From IMG/VR virus record IMGVR_UViG_3300037424_001472, positions 1 through 42,391 of that record: a DNA stretch of 42,391 nucleotides. One strand, written 5' to 3'. The stretch is from a virus (lineage: Duplodnaviria > Caudoviricetes). Each line of letters begins with the position of its first letter. Within the stretch, counting starts at the first letter, position 1. Below the pieces are notes generated by a model, which was not told the DNA's origin, made no database searches, and saw only the letters and a list, made by a program, of their open reading frames with translations. Position numbers and translations under genes: made by a program. Positions 27,692 through 37,431 of this stretch are shown here, piece by piece.

Positions 27692-29050
27692 ATGGCTGAG
27701 TGGATACCTTATAAAAGTATGTGGATTTATGATGATACACCCACTGGAGATGCTGGTTTAGCCATCAATAATAATTTTACATATATTGCAGACACATTTA
27801 ATAGCCAATCTGGATTATTGGATAATGGGGATGTAAACATTGTCGGAGGAGATATTTATGGTTGTGTAATTGAACAATTGGGACCATTTATTTCTCATCA
27901 ATCTAATCCTCAGATATCGCCAACAGGTGTAGAAACTTATACTTGTTATGGTAGTGTTATAAAGGTAAATGATACGTATCATAGTTACTATTCTTATGCT
28001 ACACCAAGTAGATTCAATGTTGGTCACGCTACAAGCGTAGATGGGAAAATATGGACAAAAGATATAGAAAATAATCCAGTATTAGCTCCAGAAGTTGGCG
28101 GTAGTACCACTGGAGTATTGGGTTATGACGTTCCGTTTGTTTGGTATGAAGATAATATATATCATATGCTTTGTAGAGTACATGGAAATCTTGGTTCTGC
28201 ATTAGACGCTACTAGTTATGCTACATCACTAAATCCAGAAGGACCATTTTTAGAAGCAAATGGAAAATCTCCGGTTTTACAGGCAACGGTGGGGGCTTGG
28301 GACGCATATGGCGCAGAGGCTTGGGGCACTATAAAAATTGAAGATACCTATCATACATTTTACGAAGCATCTGTTGGTGGAGTTTCTATAAACAGGGCGG
28401 TGGGACGAGCTTATTCTACAGATCTGCTGCATTGGACTAAAGATACAACAAATAATCCAATATGGGAAAGTGGACGTTTTTGTCCAGATGTATTTGAATA
28501 TGGGCAATATTATTATGCGATAGTTCCGCATTATCCAGTAGCCGGTCTAGGCGACTATACTGAATTTGAATTATATAGAGATGATAATATTACATTTTTA
28601 CCAACAGAAAGAGAATATCTTGGAGTAATAAAAGAGGTATCTTACAACGGATGGGATTCGGTAGATATTGATACACCGTTTATTCTAACCGATAATATTT
28701 ATCGCAATTCTTTTTCTGCATCAAGCGGTGAATTATGGATGTATTATTCTGGTCAGGGTGGAGCTGCATGGGAACAGGGACTCGCTATTTCTTCGCGTCT
28801 TGGTGGTGGATGGGCTAATAATAATCCAACATCACGCGGACGAGGGTTGGGGTTTTTTCGTAAATTAACAGTTGATACACTTATTTTAACAAATTCACTC
28901 GCTATTGCTCAAGGTGGTACAGGGTCTATTAGTGCTTCTGGAGCATTGGTTAATCTTGGTATTGGTAATGGTGTTACCGGATCTTTTATTGATAATAATG
29001 GATATACCGTTACGGTGGTTAGTGGAATTATTACTAATTTAGGTGTATAA
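27692..29050 (+). CDS. Beta-propeller glycoside-hydrolase-like protein (GH32/43/130-type fold)
   Basis: GHATSVDGKIWTK..NPVL, GRAYSTDLLHWTK..NNPI, WDSVDIDTP, LWMYYSG blade repeats; fibre-like C-terminus. Confidence 0.75.
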   Translation: MAEWIPYKSMWIYDDTPTGDAGLAINNNFTYIADTFNSQSGLLDNGDVNIVGGDIYGCVIEQLGPFISHQSNPQISPTGVETYTCYGSVIKVNDTYHSYYSYATPSRFNVGHATSVDGKIWTKDIENNPVLAPEVGGSTTGVLGYDVPFVWYEDNIYHMLCRVHGNLGSALDATSYATSLNPEGPFLEANGKSPVLQATVGAWDAYGAEAWGTIKIEDTYHTFYEASVGGVSINRAVGRAYSTDLLHWTKDTTNNPIWESGRFCPDVFEYGQYYYAIVPHYPVAGLGDYTEFELYRDDNITFLPTEREYLGVIKEVSYNGWDSVDIDTPFILTDNIYRNSFSASSGELWMYYSGQGGAAWEQGLAISSRLGGGWANNNPTSRGRGLGFFRKLTVDTLILTNSLAIAQGGTGSISASGALVNLGIGNGVTGSFIDNNGYTVTVVSGIITNLGV

Positions 29051-29063
29051 TATATAAAATATA

Positions 29064-29354
29064 ATGCCAACATTCGTTAATTTATCCAATACAGAATTTG
29101 AAACTTTAACAGATTTTTCCACATTTGAAAGTGGTGATGCCGGAATTCCTGCTGGATATTTTGATACATTTTCACTATTATTTGGTTGGTGGAATTCGGA
29201 ATTAGTTGCTTATAGATATATAAATTTGGGTAATTTTTATATTTGTCAATCAAATAATAACACTTATTATGTTTGTCAGTCCAACAACAATACTTATTAT
29301 GTTGATCAATCTAACAGTAATGCTTTTTATATAGGAACCACTGGGGAGGCTTAG
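29064..29354 (+). CDS. Hypothetical protein with three 10-aa repeats
   Basis: YICQSNNNTY-YVCQSNNNTY-YVDQSNSNAF. Confidence 0.65.
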   Translation: MPTFVNLSNTEFETLTDFSTFESGDAGIPAGYFDTFSLLFGWWNSELVAYRYINLGNFYICQSNNNTYYVCQSNNNTYYVDQSNSNAFYIGTTGEA

Positions 29355-29373
29355 AAAATGGAGAAAATAATTC

Positions 29374-29685
29374 ATGGGATCTAACGAAATTAGAATAAAT
29401 GATATTGGAACGGTTTTTTACGGAACTATTTCTGATGCTAGTGGTGCGGTTGATATTTCTGGAGCAACAACAAAACAAATAATTTTATTAAAACCTGATG
29501 GAACATCAATACAAGAAGATGCGAGTTTTGTTACCGATGGCACAGATGGACAATTATCATATACTATACAGAGTGGCGATTTGGATGTATGCGGAACTTG
29601 GAGAATTCAATGGTTAATAATATTAAGTTCTGGAACTTGGCGATCTGATCAAAAAACAATTAAGGTATACTCTAATTTGGTGTAA
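29374..29685 (+). CDS. Small beta-sandwich virion protein (BppU N-terminal-like)
   Basis: DISGAT...KPDG...TDGQLSY..QSGDLD..GTW.IQ pattern. Confidence 0.6.
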   Translation: MGSNEIRINDIGTVFYGTISDASGAVDISGATTKQIILLKPDGTSIQEDASFVTDGTDGQLSYTIQSGDLDVCGTWRIQWLIILSSGTWRSDQKTIKVYSNLV

Positions 29686-29867
29686 AGATATAAAAATAAT
29701 TTGGTGTAAGATATAAAAATTTGTTAAAAAAATTAAAAAAGGAAGGATATGGGGAAATATGAAAATATTATGGGTTGAGCTGGAAAGATTATATATTACA
29801 CCCCTTTTCCTTTTAATTTTATAAAAAATATATTTTAGTATAACATTATAATAAAGAGAAAATAATA

Positions 29868-30350
29868 ATGGCCTGGAAAACTGAATTAGTCCAATTGGTT
29901 AGAAATATTATTGGGGATATTAGTTTGGATTCTCCAACATATACGGATGAAAGATTGTATGAGGTTATATTAACGTCAGCACAATTATTACAGGGGGATG
30001 TGGATTTTTCTGTAGACTACACAATAGATATTGATCAATGTACGCTAAGTCCAGACCCAACAACCACACCTAAAGATAATGATTTTATTAATTTGGTCGC
30101 CCTTAGAACATCTTGTATAATCTCTAATTCAGAATTTAGAACCGCCGCCAATAAAGCATATAATTTTGTTGATGGACCCTCTAAAATAGATGGACGAGAT
30201 GTGGCTGAATCAACCTATAAATTTGCCGAAACTATTTGTAAGGCTTTTGAAAATGCGAAAAAAGCTTATAGAGCTGGCAACAGCACGGCAGGAGCTATTA
30301 TTGTTAGTCCGTATAGAGTATATGATACAAGTTATACAAGAAAAAGGTAA
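29868..30350 (+). CDS. Probable head-tail adaptor
   Basis: LVRNIIGD...YTDERL N-terminus, typical of adaptor proteins; position. Confidence 0.6.
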   Translation: MAWKTELVQLVRNIIGDISLDSPTYTDERLYEVILTSAQLLQGDVDFSVDYTIDIDQCTLSPDPTTTPKDNDFINLVALRTSCIISNSEFRTAANKAYNFVDGPSKIDGRDVAESTYKFAETICKAFENAKKAYRAGNSTAGAIIVSPYRVYDTSYTRKR

Positions 30351-30398
30351 GATTTGTAAAGATAATCCAAAAAATAATTTTACTAAAGGAAAAAATAG

Positions 30399-30611
30399 AT
30401 GCCATTACACATAACAGACGATGTTTCCCAGGTAGCAAGAAGTGGATACCCAATTCACAATTTTGCCAATTCCATATTTTATAATGATTTGACAGGACCA
30501 ACCGGAATAGTTTATAATGATAATTTACCCACATATCAAAATACGGTAGATTTTACTTCTGGAAATTGGGTAAGATTAGATGAAAGATTTGATAATCCGA
30601 CATATTATTAA
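30399..30611 (+). CDS. Hypothetical protein (70 aa)
   Basis: AAAGGA RBS; structural region. Confidence 0.6.
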   Translation: MPLHITDDVSQVARSGYPIHNFANSIFYNDLTGPTGIVYNDNLPTYQNTVDFTSGNWVRLDERFDNPTYY

Positions 30612-30674
30612 TAAGATGGAAAAATAGTTATGTTATATAGTAATATTGGACCGATTATGAGAACCGAAAGATAG

Positions 30675-33600
30675 ATGGCAACCTTTACACAAACTCAATC
30701 TGGCAATATCAACGATGGTGCTACATTCGGCAACGCTTCTCCAGGTGTCGAGGGGACCGACTACCCAGACATCACAAACGGCGGCGACTTGGTGGTGACA
30801 GCGAATGGGTACACGCTGACGTTCAATGTCGATGCTATCTTAGGCGACAAGACTTCTGCGGTCGGTCATGCCATCACAATTACGGGTGCGTCTGCTGTGT
30901 CATTCGGTACGGTTGTACTCAACGATACCGTCTCGCTGACTCTTCGCGGCTACAACGTCACGACGGCGACGATGCTCTACATTAATCGCTACGGACTATT
31001 CGATCCAGCACCGGGTGCAACGATCCTTGGCGATGTGCCTTCGGACTTTGGCTCGATCATCCTCAACAAAGGCCGCTTTGAGGCGATTGGGACCGCAGCG
31101 AAGCCGATCACGTTTTCGGTTCCAGCGGCGAGTGTCGATTGGTCCTCTGCGGTAGCCGCTCAGAACGCAACATGCTCGCCATACGACAACACTGCGAAGA
31201 TCGCGGTCGGCATGGCTGGCTCGCCGCTCATCGCCAACGCGGCGGGGACGGGGCTCGGATCATTCGGCGATACATCGATCACAATCAATTCATCGTCCGC
31301 ATCGCTTGATACTGAAGTGGCAACTCTGGCCGAAGTCACTGGGGCCGGGAAGTATTGCGTCGATTACGACATTGGGGTGTTTTATTTCTACACCGCGTCG
31401 TTCACAGGAATGACTCTGAATCTTACCTATACGAAACTCGACAAAACCGCGGCGACGTGGAAGGGGTGGGGGATTCTATCCAACGGAGCCACCACCAGCA
31501 ACACATGCCTTCTGGACTATTGCACCTTGCAGTATATGGGAGCGGCCGGAAATGGTGTGCTGAGTGGGTCGGTCAGACAGTCGGCACCCGTCAATTTCGT
31601 TTCGCATCAGACCACAGACGCAACCCGACTTGCGTACCTCAAGAGATCGACGCTCAGATATGGATTTCGCTATGCGCTTTTCCATGGTTCGACGGGAGCA
31701 AGCGGCGATCCGATCCTATGCGACAGCAACACGTTCAACGACGGGAGCGGCGGTGGAACGTGGGACGGTCTATCGTGTTACGCCAGCAGTGGGTCGTACC
31801 TTACGGTCAGCAACAACGATTTCAACACGCGCGGCACTGGGGTTGATTTGGCAAATATCGCCAGCGACGTAGATCATCTGAGCATCACCGACAATGCGGG
31901 AGTGTGTGCCCTGTCGTTTGTGGCTGGCGGCCTGACTGCCAGGACTCCCTGGCAGGCAAAAAACGATGCAGTCACGAGCCCTTCAACGCCGGACCTGTCC
32001 GTGTCTGGCAATGTTATCCTGGGAATCAGCGGTGCGGTTGACGCTCGGTTTGTCTGTGTTTCCGGCACGTCCGGACATCCGGCGATCGTCGAGGATAACA
32101 CATTCAGCCGTTGCTGGCGGCTAGGCCATCTCCTAGGTTCGTATGTTACCTTTCGGCGGAACCGTTTTTTGAACACGTATCATCATGGATTCACTGGGTC
32201 GCAGTGGGACGATTACTACTGCACCGATACGACGTTTGAAAACAATCTCTTCTACACTGATTTGATTGTTACGGGCGAGGCAGCTATAGCGTTAGGGTAT
32301 AATCACCGCTGTATCCACAACAACGTCGTGATTCGCAATAATACGTGCATCGGGTTTGCCGATGGGTTAGTGGATTTCAATGACGCCGCCGACAGCAACG
32401 GGCCTTCTACGTTTACCAATATTCGCATCGTGAACAACATCGTCTCCAGTGGTGCATATGCATTCGCAAACTACACTTCGGCGACAATGCCGCAAGTGCG
32501 GCACATCGTCGAATGCGATTACAACCTGTCCAACGGACAGGCTACGGCGTACGCCTTGAACCACGACAACACTGCGAACGCTACCGGATTTTATCGCAGT
32601 GCCGCGAAGTATAATCGAGAAACTTCGGCGACCCGCAATCTGCCGATGGTGGCTCTATTCGACGCAAGCTACACTTCGGCGGAAACTGCTCACGATCTCG
32701 TGTACACGGTAAATACCCTTGGGCAGGATCACACGTTGATATGGTCCAGTGGCACGCCTGTCCAATTGATCTACGATTACGGCACGTCGGCAGGAGAGGG
32801 ACTCCGTACGGTTGCGGTTGCGGGCAAAAGTGCATGGAACACTAACAACAACCTTGTCCGCACAAATTGGATGTGGGTCGTCTCGGGCACCGGGTCCGGA
32901 CAGGCGAGGCAGATTCTCTGGGCAACGACGAACACCGCTTATTCGGCGACGGTTGCGGCTGGCGGCAGCGGTTACTCGCTAAATCAATACATACGACTTT
33001 TTGCTGGAACGATGGAAACTCCGGCCGCGCGCGGTATTTTTCAGATTACCGGCGTCTCTGGTGATGCAGTCACATCTGTCAAGGTTGTCTCTGGTGGAAC
33101 ATATTCAGCACCGCCAGCCGATGCAGCGGCTACAACTCGCCTCACTGGCACAACAGGAGCATCCTGCACGCTGAATATCCTGTGGGCACCGGGGTTATTG
33201 TTTACGCCGGATCTATCCACCGACCTGGATACAACGTCGGTCATCGCGATTGTCGATGGCGAAGTACAACTTGACGACGGTGCTGGCGGCACGGTTCGCG
33301 CTGGACTGTACCTGCCAGATCCGGCCAACTTCCTTACCGCCGTGCAGATTCCGACAACCACGCAAACGGACACGGGAATCACGGTGACGGTGGACAAAAC
33401 CGTGACCAGTGCTCCAGCATTCGTTGCGACCGGAGACGTTGACTTAGCGGCATACTACCAGCTTGCAAGCGATTCGCCAGCCATCGACGCGGGAACATCC
33501 GACGATGCGGCAGATGCGGACTATTGGGGCACGTCTCGTCCTGTCGGTGACGCGGACGACATAGGATTTTTTGAATATGAAGAGGTGGAATCAGGTTTAA

Positions 33601-33809
33601 TATATACTCAAACTAATACCTCCTCGGCTATAAATAGTACTCAATTATTAAATCGTAATTCTATTATAATTGGTAATGGTGGAGCATTTTTTCCGGAATA
33701 TGGTAATTTCTTTATTGGCGTTGGCTTTGGTCAAATTGTTGAATTATATAATGATAGATTTTTTGGCAGAGGTTATTACAGAAGAGATAGATCTTCAAAA
33801 AATGATTAA
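30675..33809 (+). CDS. Right-handed beta-helix (pectin lyase-like) protein, possible depolymerase or spike
   Basis: Asn-ladder repeats (VSNNDF, ITDNA, VEDNTF, FRRNRF, FENNLF, IRNNT, IVNNIV); C-terminal YQLASDSPAIDAG...DYWGTSRP...DIGFFEY; GC-rich body. Confidence 0.8.
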   Translation: MATFTQTQSGNINDGATFGNASPGVEGTDYPDITNGGDLVVTANGYTLTFNVDAILGDKTSAVGHAITITGASAVSFGTVVLNDTVSLTLRGYNVTTATMLYINRYGLFDPAPGATILGDVPSDFGSIILNKGRFEAIGTAAKPITFSVPAASVDWSSAVAAQNATCSPYDNTAKIAVGMAGSPLIANAAGTGLGSFGDTSITINSSSASLDTEVATLAEVTGAGKYCVDYDIGVFYFYTASFTGMTLNLTYTKLDKTAATWKGWGILSNGATTSNTCLLDYCTLQYMGAAGNGVLSGSVRQSAPVNFVSHQTTDATRLAYLKRSTLRYGFRYALFHGSTGASGDPILCDSNTFNDGSGGGTWDGLSCYASSGSYLTVSNNDFNTRGTGVDLANIASDVDHLSITDNAGVCALSFVAGGLTARTPWQAKNDAVTSPSTPDLSVSGNVILGISGAVDARFVCVSGTSGHPAIVEDNTFSRCWRLGHLLGSYVTFRRNRFLNTYHHGFTGSQWDDYYCTDTTFENNLFYTDLIVTGEAAIALGYNHRCIHNNVVIRNNTCIGFADGLVDFNDAADSNGPSTFTNIRIVNNIVSSGAYAFANYTSATMPQVRHIVECDYNLSNGQATAYALNHDNTANATGFYRSAAKYNRETSATRNLPMVALFDASYTSAETAHDLVYTVNTLGQDHTLIWSSGTPVQLIYDYGTSAGEGLRTVAVAGKSAWNTNNNLVRTNWMWVVSGTGSGQARQILWATTNTAYSATVAAGGSGYSLNQYIRLFAGTMETPAARGIFQITGVSGDAVTSVKVVSGGTYSAPPADAAATTRLTGTTGASCTLNILWAPGLLFTPDLSTDLDTTSVIAIVDGEVQLDDGAGGTVRAGLYLPDPANFLTAVQIPTTTQTDTGITVTVDKTVTSAPAFVATGDVDLAAYYQLASDSPAIDAGTSDDAADADYWGTSRPVGDADDIGFFEYEEVESGLIYTQTNTSSAINSTQLLNRNSIIIGNGGAFFPEYGNFFIGVGFGQIVELYNDRFFGRGYYRRDRSSKND

Positions 33810-33821
33810 AAGGAAAGTTGT

Positions 33822-34337
33822 ATGACTTTTACATTAGATTCGGCATTAATTGATAACCACGAAGAAATGTGTGATTTTTTAATTGATGGATTTCCAGGAA
33901 AAACCTGTAGACTTATTTATGAACCAAAAGATTTAGAATGCCCAAACTGTTTTTTATCGCCAGACACAGGAGTTAGTACATCTATATATAAAAGTGGTGG
34001 ACCGGTTCCATTTACAAACTATACGGTATGCCCTCACTGTAATGGATTTGGAAGATTACAAACCGAAGAAACAGAAAATATTCGTTTGCGGGTTTATTTC
34101 AATCAAAAACAATTTATTCAAACAGCAGAAACAAAAAATATAGTTATTAGTGGTGATACAATACAAGTTATTGGATATATGATTGATATGCCAAAAATAC
34201 AAAGAGCAAAAGAAATGACGGTTGACACTCAAATAGAGGGATATAAGGAATATAGATTTCAGCCTTTATCAACTCCAATTCCATGGGGTTTTCGTCATCA
34301 AAAATATTTTACACAATTGTGGAAAAGAAATAGTTAA
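33822..34337 (+). CDS. Probable neck/head-closure protein with CxxC...CxxC
   Basis: CPNC...CPHCNGFG; position before the neck and tail genes. Confidence 0.55.
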   Translation: MTFTLDSALIDNHEEMCDFLIDGFPGKTCRLIYEPKDLECPNCFLSPDTGVSTSIYKSGGPVPFTNYTVCPHCNGFGRLQTEETENIRLRVYFNQKQFIQTAETKNIVISGDTIQVIGYMIDMPKIQRAKEMTVDTQIEGYKEYRFQPLSTPIPWGFRHQKYFTQLWKRNS

Positions 34338-34394
34338 GAAATACAATATAGTTAATATATAAAAATTTAGTCCAATGACAAATATTTTAGTCCA

Positions 34395-35090
34395 ATGACC
34401 AACATATCAGTCCAATTTGTTTTAAAAACTCCAATCAAAAATATAATGACTCGGGCTGAAAATATTGTTGTTAAAACTTTGAATACGAAACTAAAAAGAG
34501 CTGCGAATATAGTTAAGACCAAATTACCACAACTACTAATTAATGCGATAAAAGAAAGTCCTGAATATTGGGCTTTGTCACACAATGTTTCAATTGAGGG
34601 TAGAGGACAATCATCTTTATATGGCGAAATAGGAATACCAGATATAAAAGAAAGAATGGATAGTATAATTGAACATTGGGCTAATAACCATGAATTTGAT
34701 GTAAAACCATTTAAGTATGTTGGTAGTATGTTACAAGGTGGACTTACTTTTAGAGCCATAAAAGCTGATTATAGCGATGTTTTAAGTTTACCACAAGCTC
34801 AATCAATAGTTAATTCATTAAGTGGACATTCAACAACATTACCTTGGTTAGAATGGTTGCTGATTGGTGGTGGAGGATTTATAATTAGAGATTATACTTA
34901 TTTTCAAGATCCGTCAGTAGCACAATTTTCCAGAACCGGAACCGGAATTATGATAAGCGATCCCGGTGGTGGTTGGTCAATACCACAAGAATATTGGGGA
35001 ACTCAAGAGGATAATTTTTTAACTCGTAAATTAGATGCGGAATTAGAAAATATAGCAAAAGAAATATTTGATAGATTAAAGAAGATATAA
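34395..35090 (+). CDS. Probable neck/tail-completion protein
   Basis: Position; 231 aa; LPWLEWLL and SRTG motifs. Function inferred from order. Confidence 0.5.
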   Translation: MTNISVQFVLKTPIKNIMTRAENIVVKTLNTKLKRAANIVKTKLPQLLINAIKESPEYWALSHNVSIEGRGQSSLYGEIGIPDIKERMDSIIEHWANNHEFDVKPFKYVGSMLQGGLTFRAIKADYSDVLSLPQAQSIVNSLSGHSTTLPWLEWLLIGGGGFIIRDYTYFQDPSVAQFSRTGTGIMISDPGGGWSIPQEYWGTQEDNFLTRKLDAELENIAKEIFDRLKKI

Positions 35091-35112
35091 CAATTAAAAA
35101 GAGAAATATAAT

Positions 35113-36093
35113 ATGAGTTGTGAAGAATATACAACATTAAAGGGCGTAACTCACATAAGTAAAGAGTTGGAGAGCCAAAATATACTTCATGGCACCATAG
35201 ATTTTTTCAATTGGGGTTTTTTGAATATTGGCTCATATCAAAATATTACCATAAACCCTGCTGTATCAGGGGTTTACGGCGGTCAAAGATATAGACTGCG
35301 ACCAGTTAAAGATGCGAGATTTTCTGATGGGCAAGTATGGGAAGGATATAAGGGAAATTGGGTGTGGGAAAGTGGAGTAACTTTTTCTCCAGCACCCATA
35401 AATATTTCTGGAGTTTATGTAGCTGGTAGTTTTTATGAGCCCACAGATAATATATATGGACATTATGTAGATTATAAAAGAGGGCGAGTTGTATTTAGTG
35501 GTGTTATACCCACTACTTCCGTAGTCACTACTGAATTTTCGCCAAAAACCGTAACTTTTATGGATAGCGAATCTAATGAAATAAAAACTATTTTGTCGGA
35601 TCTTGAACGAGTAGAAAAAGGGGAATATCTACAATTTGGTTCTGGCTCATGGAATACTACTTCAGATTTACGAGTAGAATTACCAGTTGTTTCCGTAAGT
35701 ATAAAACCCAACAGTAGTTATAGAGGATACCAGTTAGGCGGCGGTCAATATTATACATCGGAAATTAAATTTTTGGTTATTTCAGACAATAAATTTTACC
35801 GCGACCAAATTTGTGATATTATAGGTAGGCAAAATGAAAAAGTTTTCTGGCTACCAAACAGGGCTACTATGAAAATTTCCCCTGATTTTCCTTTTAATTT
35901 AGATTATAAAGGTAGTTTAGTTGATACACCGATAGAATATCCAGAAATTGTTTCCCCAACTGGAGATGGTGGATATCAATGGAGACAAATTAGACTAAAT
36001 AATACAAAAAAAAGATTTATAGATCAACCCACAAGCTCATTATTCGCCGGTTACGTTACTACAGACGGAGAAATAATTCTTGGGGAAATATAA
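35113..36093 (+). CDS. Probable tail terminator/completion protein
   Basis: Directly upstream of the tail tube; LPVVSV...GYQLGG...RDQICDII pattern. Confidence 0.5.
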   Translation: MSCEEYTTLKGVTHISKELESQNILHGTIDFFNWGFLNIGSYQNITINPAVSGVYGGQRYRLRPVKDARFSDGQVWEGYKGNWVWESGVTFSPAPINISGVYVAGSFYEPTDNIYGHYVDYKRGRVVFSGVIPTTSVVTTEFSPKTVTFMDSESNEIKTILSDLERVEKGEYLQFGSGSWNTTSDLRVELPVVSVSIKPNSSYRGYQLGGGQYYTSEIKFLVISDNKFYRDQICDIIGRQNEKVFWLPNRATMKISPDFPFNLDYKGSLVDTPIEYPEIVSPTGDGGYQWRQIRLNNTKKRFIDQPTSSLFAGYVTTDGEIILGEI

Positions 36094-36172
36094 TTAAGAG
36101 AAATATGATAACAAATTTTTAATAAAAAAAATAATATTCTCATAAAAAAAATAATAATTTTGATTTTTTCCA

Positions 36173-36188
36173 AAAATATCGTATAATA
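36173..36188 (+). promoter_or_regulatory. Putative late promoter AAAATATCGTATAATA
   Basis: Identical 16-mer to 17756-17771; 35 nt upstream of the tail-tube gene. Confidence 0.75.
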
Positions 36189-36223
36189 ATATGTAAGATT
36201 TTACAAACAAGGAGATTATAAAT

Positions 36224-37315
36224 ATGGCTAATAGACGAGTTTACTACGCAACATATCGAGTGGGTATTGCTCCATACGGCGACCCAACTCTTGCCAGCGT
36301 TCAAGGTTTACAATCAGTAACCATGAATACTACATTCAATCTTGAACAAGCCTTTGAGATTGGACAACAGGCTCTATACGAAAACATTGAAGGTATTCCA
36401 GCAATAGAATGTTCAATGGAAAAAGTATTAGATGGTGCCTGCCCAATTTATCTATTAGCTACTCAAGACGCTACAGATACTGGTGGTGCGGGTTTGGGCA
36501 ACAGGTCTAGCGCTAGATGTATGGTGGGAATGGAAATTTATGCCGATACTGTATCTTCGGTAGGTTATGGTGGTGCAACCGCGATTAGTGCAGTCCAAAT
36601 GTCTGGTATGTATGTAAGTTCGGTTTCATACACCGTTCCGGTTGATGGAAACGCTACTGAATCAGTTACGCTAGTTGGTAACGATAAAAGCTGGCATAAT
36701 GGAGACTGGTTTACATTTACTGATAATCCATTTTCTACTAATACCGATTCTCCAATAGCTATTACAGGTTCGGGTGGAGTAAATAGACGAGAAAATATTC
36801 TGTTGGGAGCAACTGGTTCGGTATTCCCAACGCAACTTCCTGGTGTCACAGATGGTGGCGGTGGTAGTGGACACATTTTATTGGTTGGTGATGAGTGGGG
36901 TGCTCACTTACAAAACGTTTCAGTAAGCACGGATATGGGTAGAGAAGAATTGTTTGAATTGGGTCGTCGTGGTCCATATTATAGATTTGTTAATTTCCCA
37001 GTTGAAGTTACTACTGAATATACTATGACTTCAAGTTCTGGTGATATGATTAATGCGGTAGAAGATGTTACCGCTGGTAGTTGTGATGCTACTGCTAATC
37101 TTGTAGATTCGGTAATCATTCTTAAAATGTGCGAAGGTTTAGTTGTTGATTGTGGAACTAAAAATAAATTAAGTTCAGCAAATATTACTGGTGGTGATGC
37201 TACAGGAGGTAATCAAGAAATAACATATAGTTATACAAACTTTAATGATTTCGCGGTTTATCATCCACAAGACCCTCAAGCTGGAAATGCAAGTTTCGTT
37301 TATAGTGGTGGGTAA
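36224..37315 (+). CDS. Major tail (tube) protein
   Basis: Strong AAGGAG RBS; two related halves (GLQSVTMNTTFNLEQAFEIG and LQNVSVSTDMGREELFELG), typical of tube proteins. Confidence 0.7.
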   Translation: MANRRVYYATYRVGIAPYGDPTLASVQGLQSVTMNTTFNLEQAFEIGQQALYENIEGIPAIECSMEKVLDGACPIYLLATQDATDTGGAGLGNRSSARCMVGMEIYADTVSSVGYGGATAISAVQMSGMYVSSVSYTVPVDGNATESVTLVGNDKSWHNGDWFTFTDNPFSTNTDSPIAITGSGGVNRRENILLGATGSVFPTQLPGVTDGGGGSGHILLVGDEWGAHLQNVSVSTDMGREELFELGRRGPYYRFVNFPVEVTTEYTMTSSSGDMINAVEDVTAGSCDATANLVDSVIILKMCEGLVVDCGTKNKLSSANITGGDATGGNQEITYSYTNFNDFAVYHPQDPQAGNASFVYSGG

Positions 37316-37431
37316 TAAATGTTTTAATATGGTTTGAACGCATTGAAATGCCTGCTCAAAGGCTTAGTGTTTGAGACGAGACATATATAGTATGGGAAAA
37401 ATTATAGTACAGGAATTAAAAAAGGAAAATA

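Noticed and set aside
31355-33397. Several alternative-frame ORFs within the beta-helix gene
   Set aside because: Expected from stop-codon scarcity in GC-rich DNA; no RBS or recognisable motifs.
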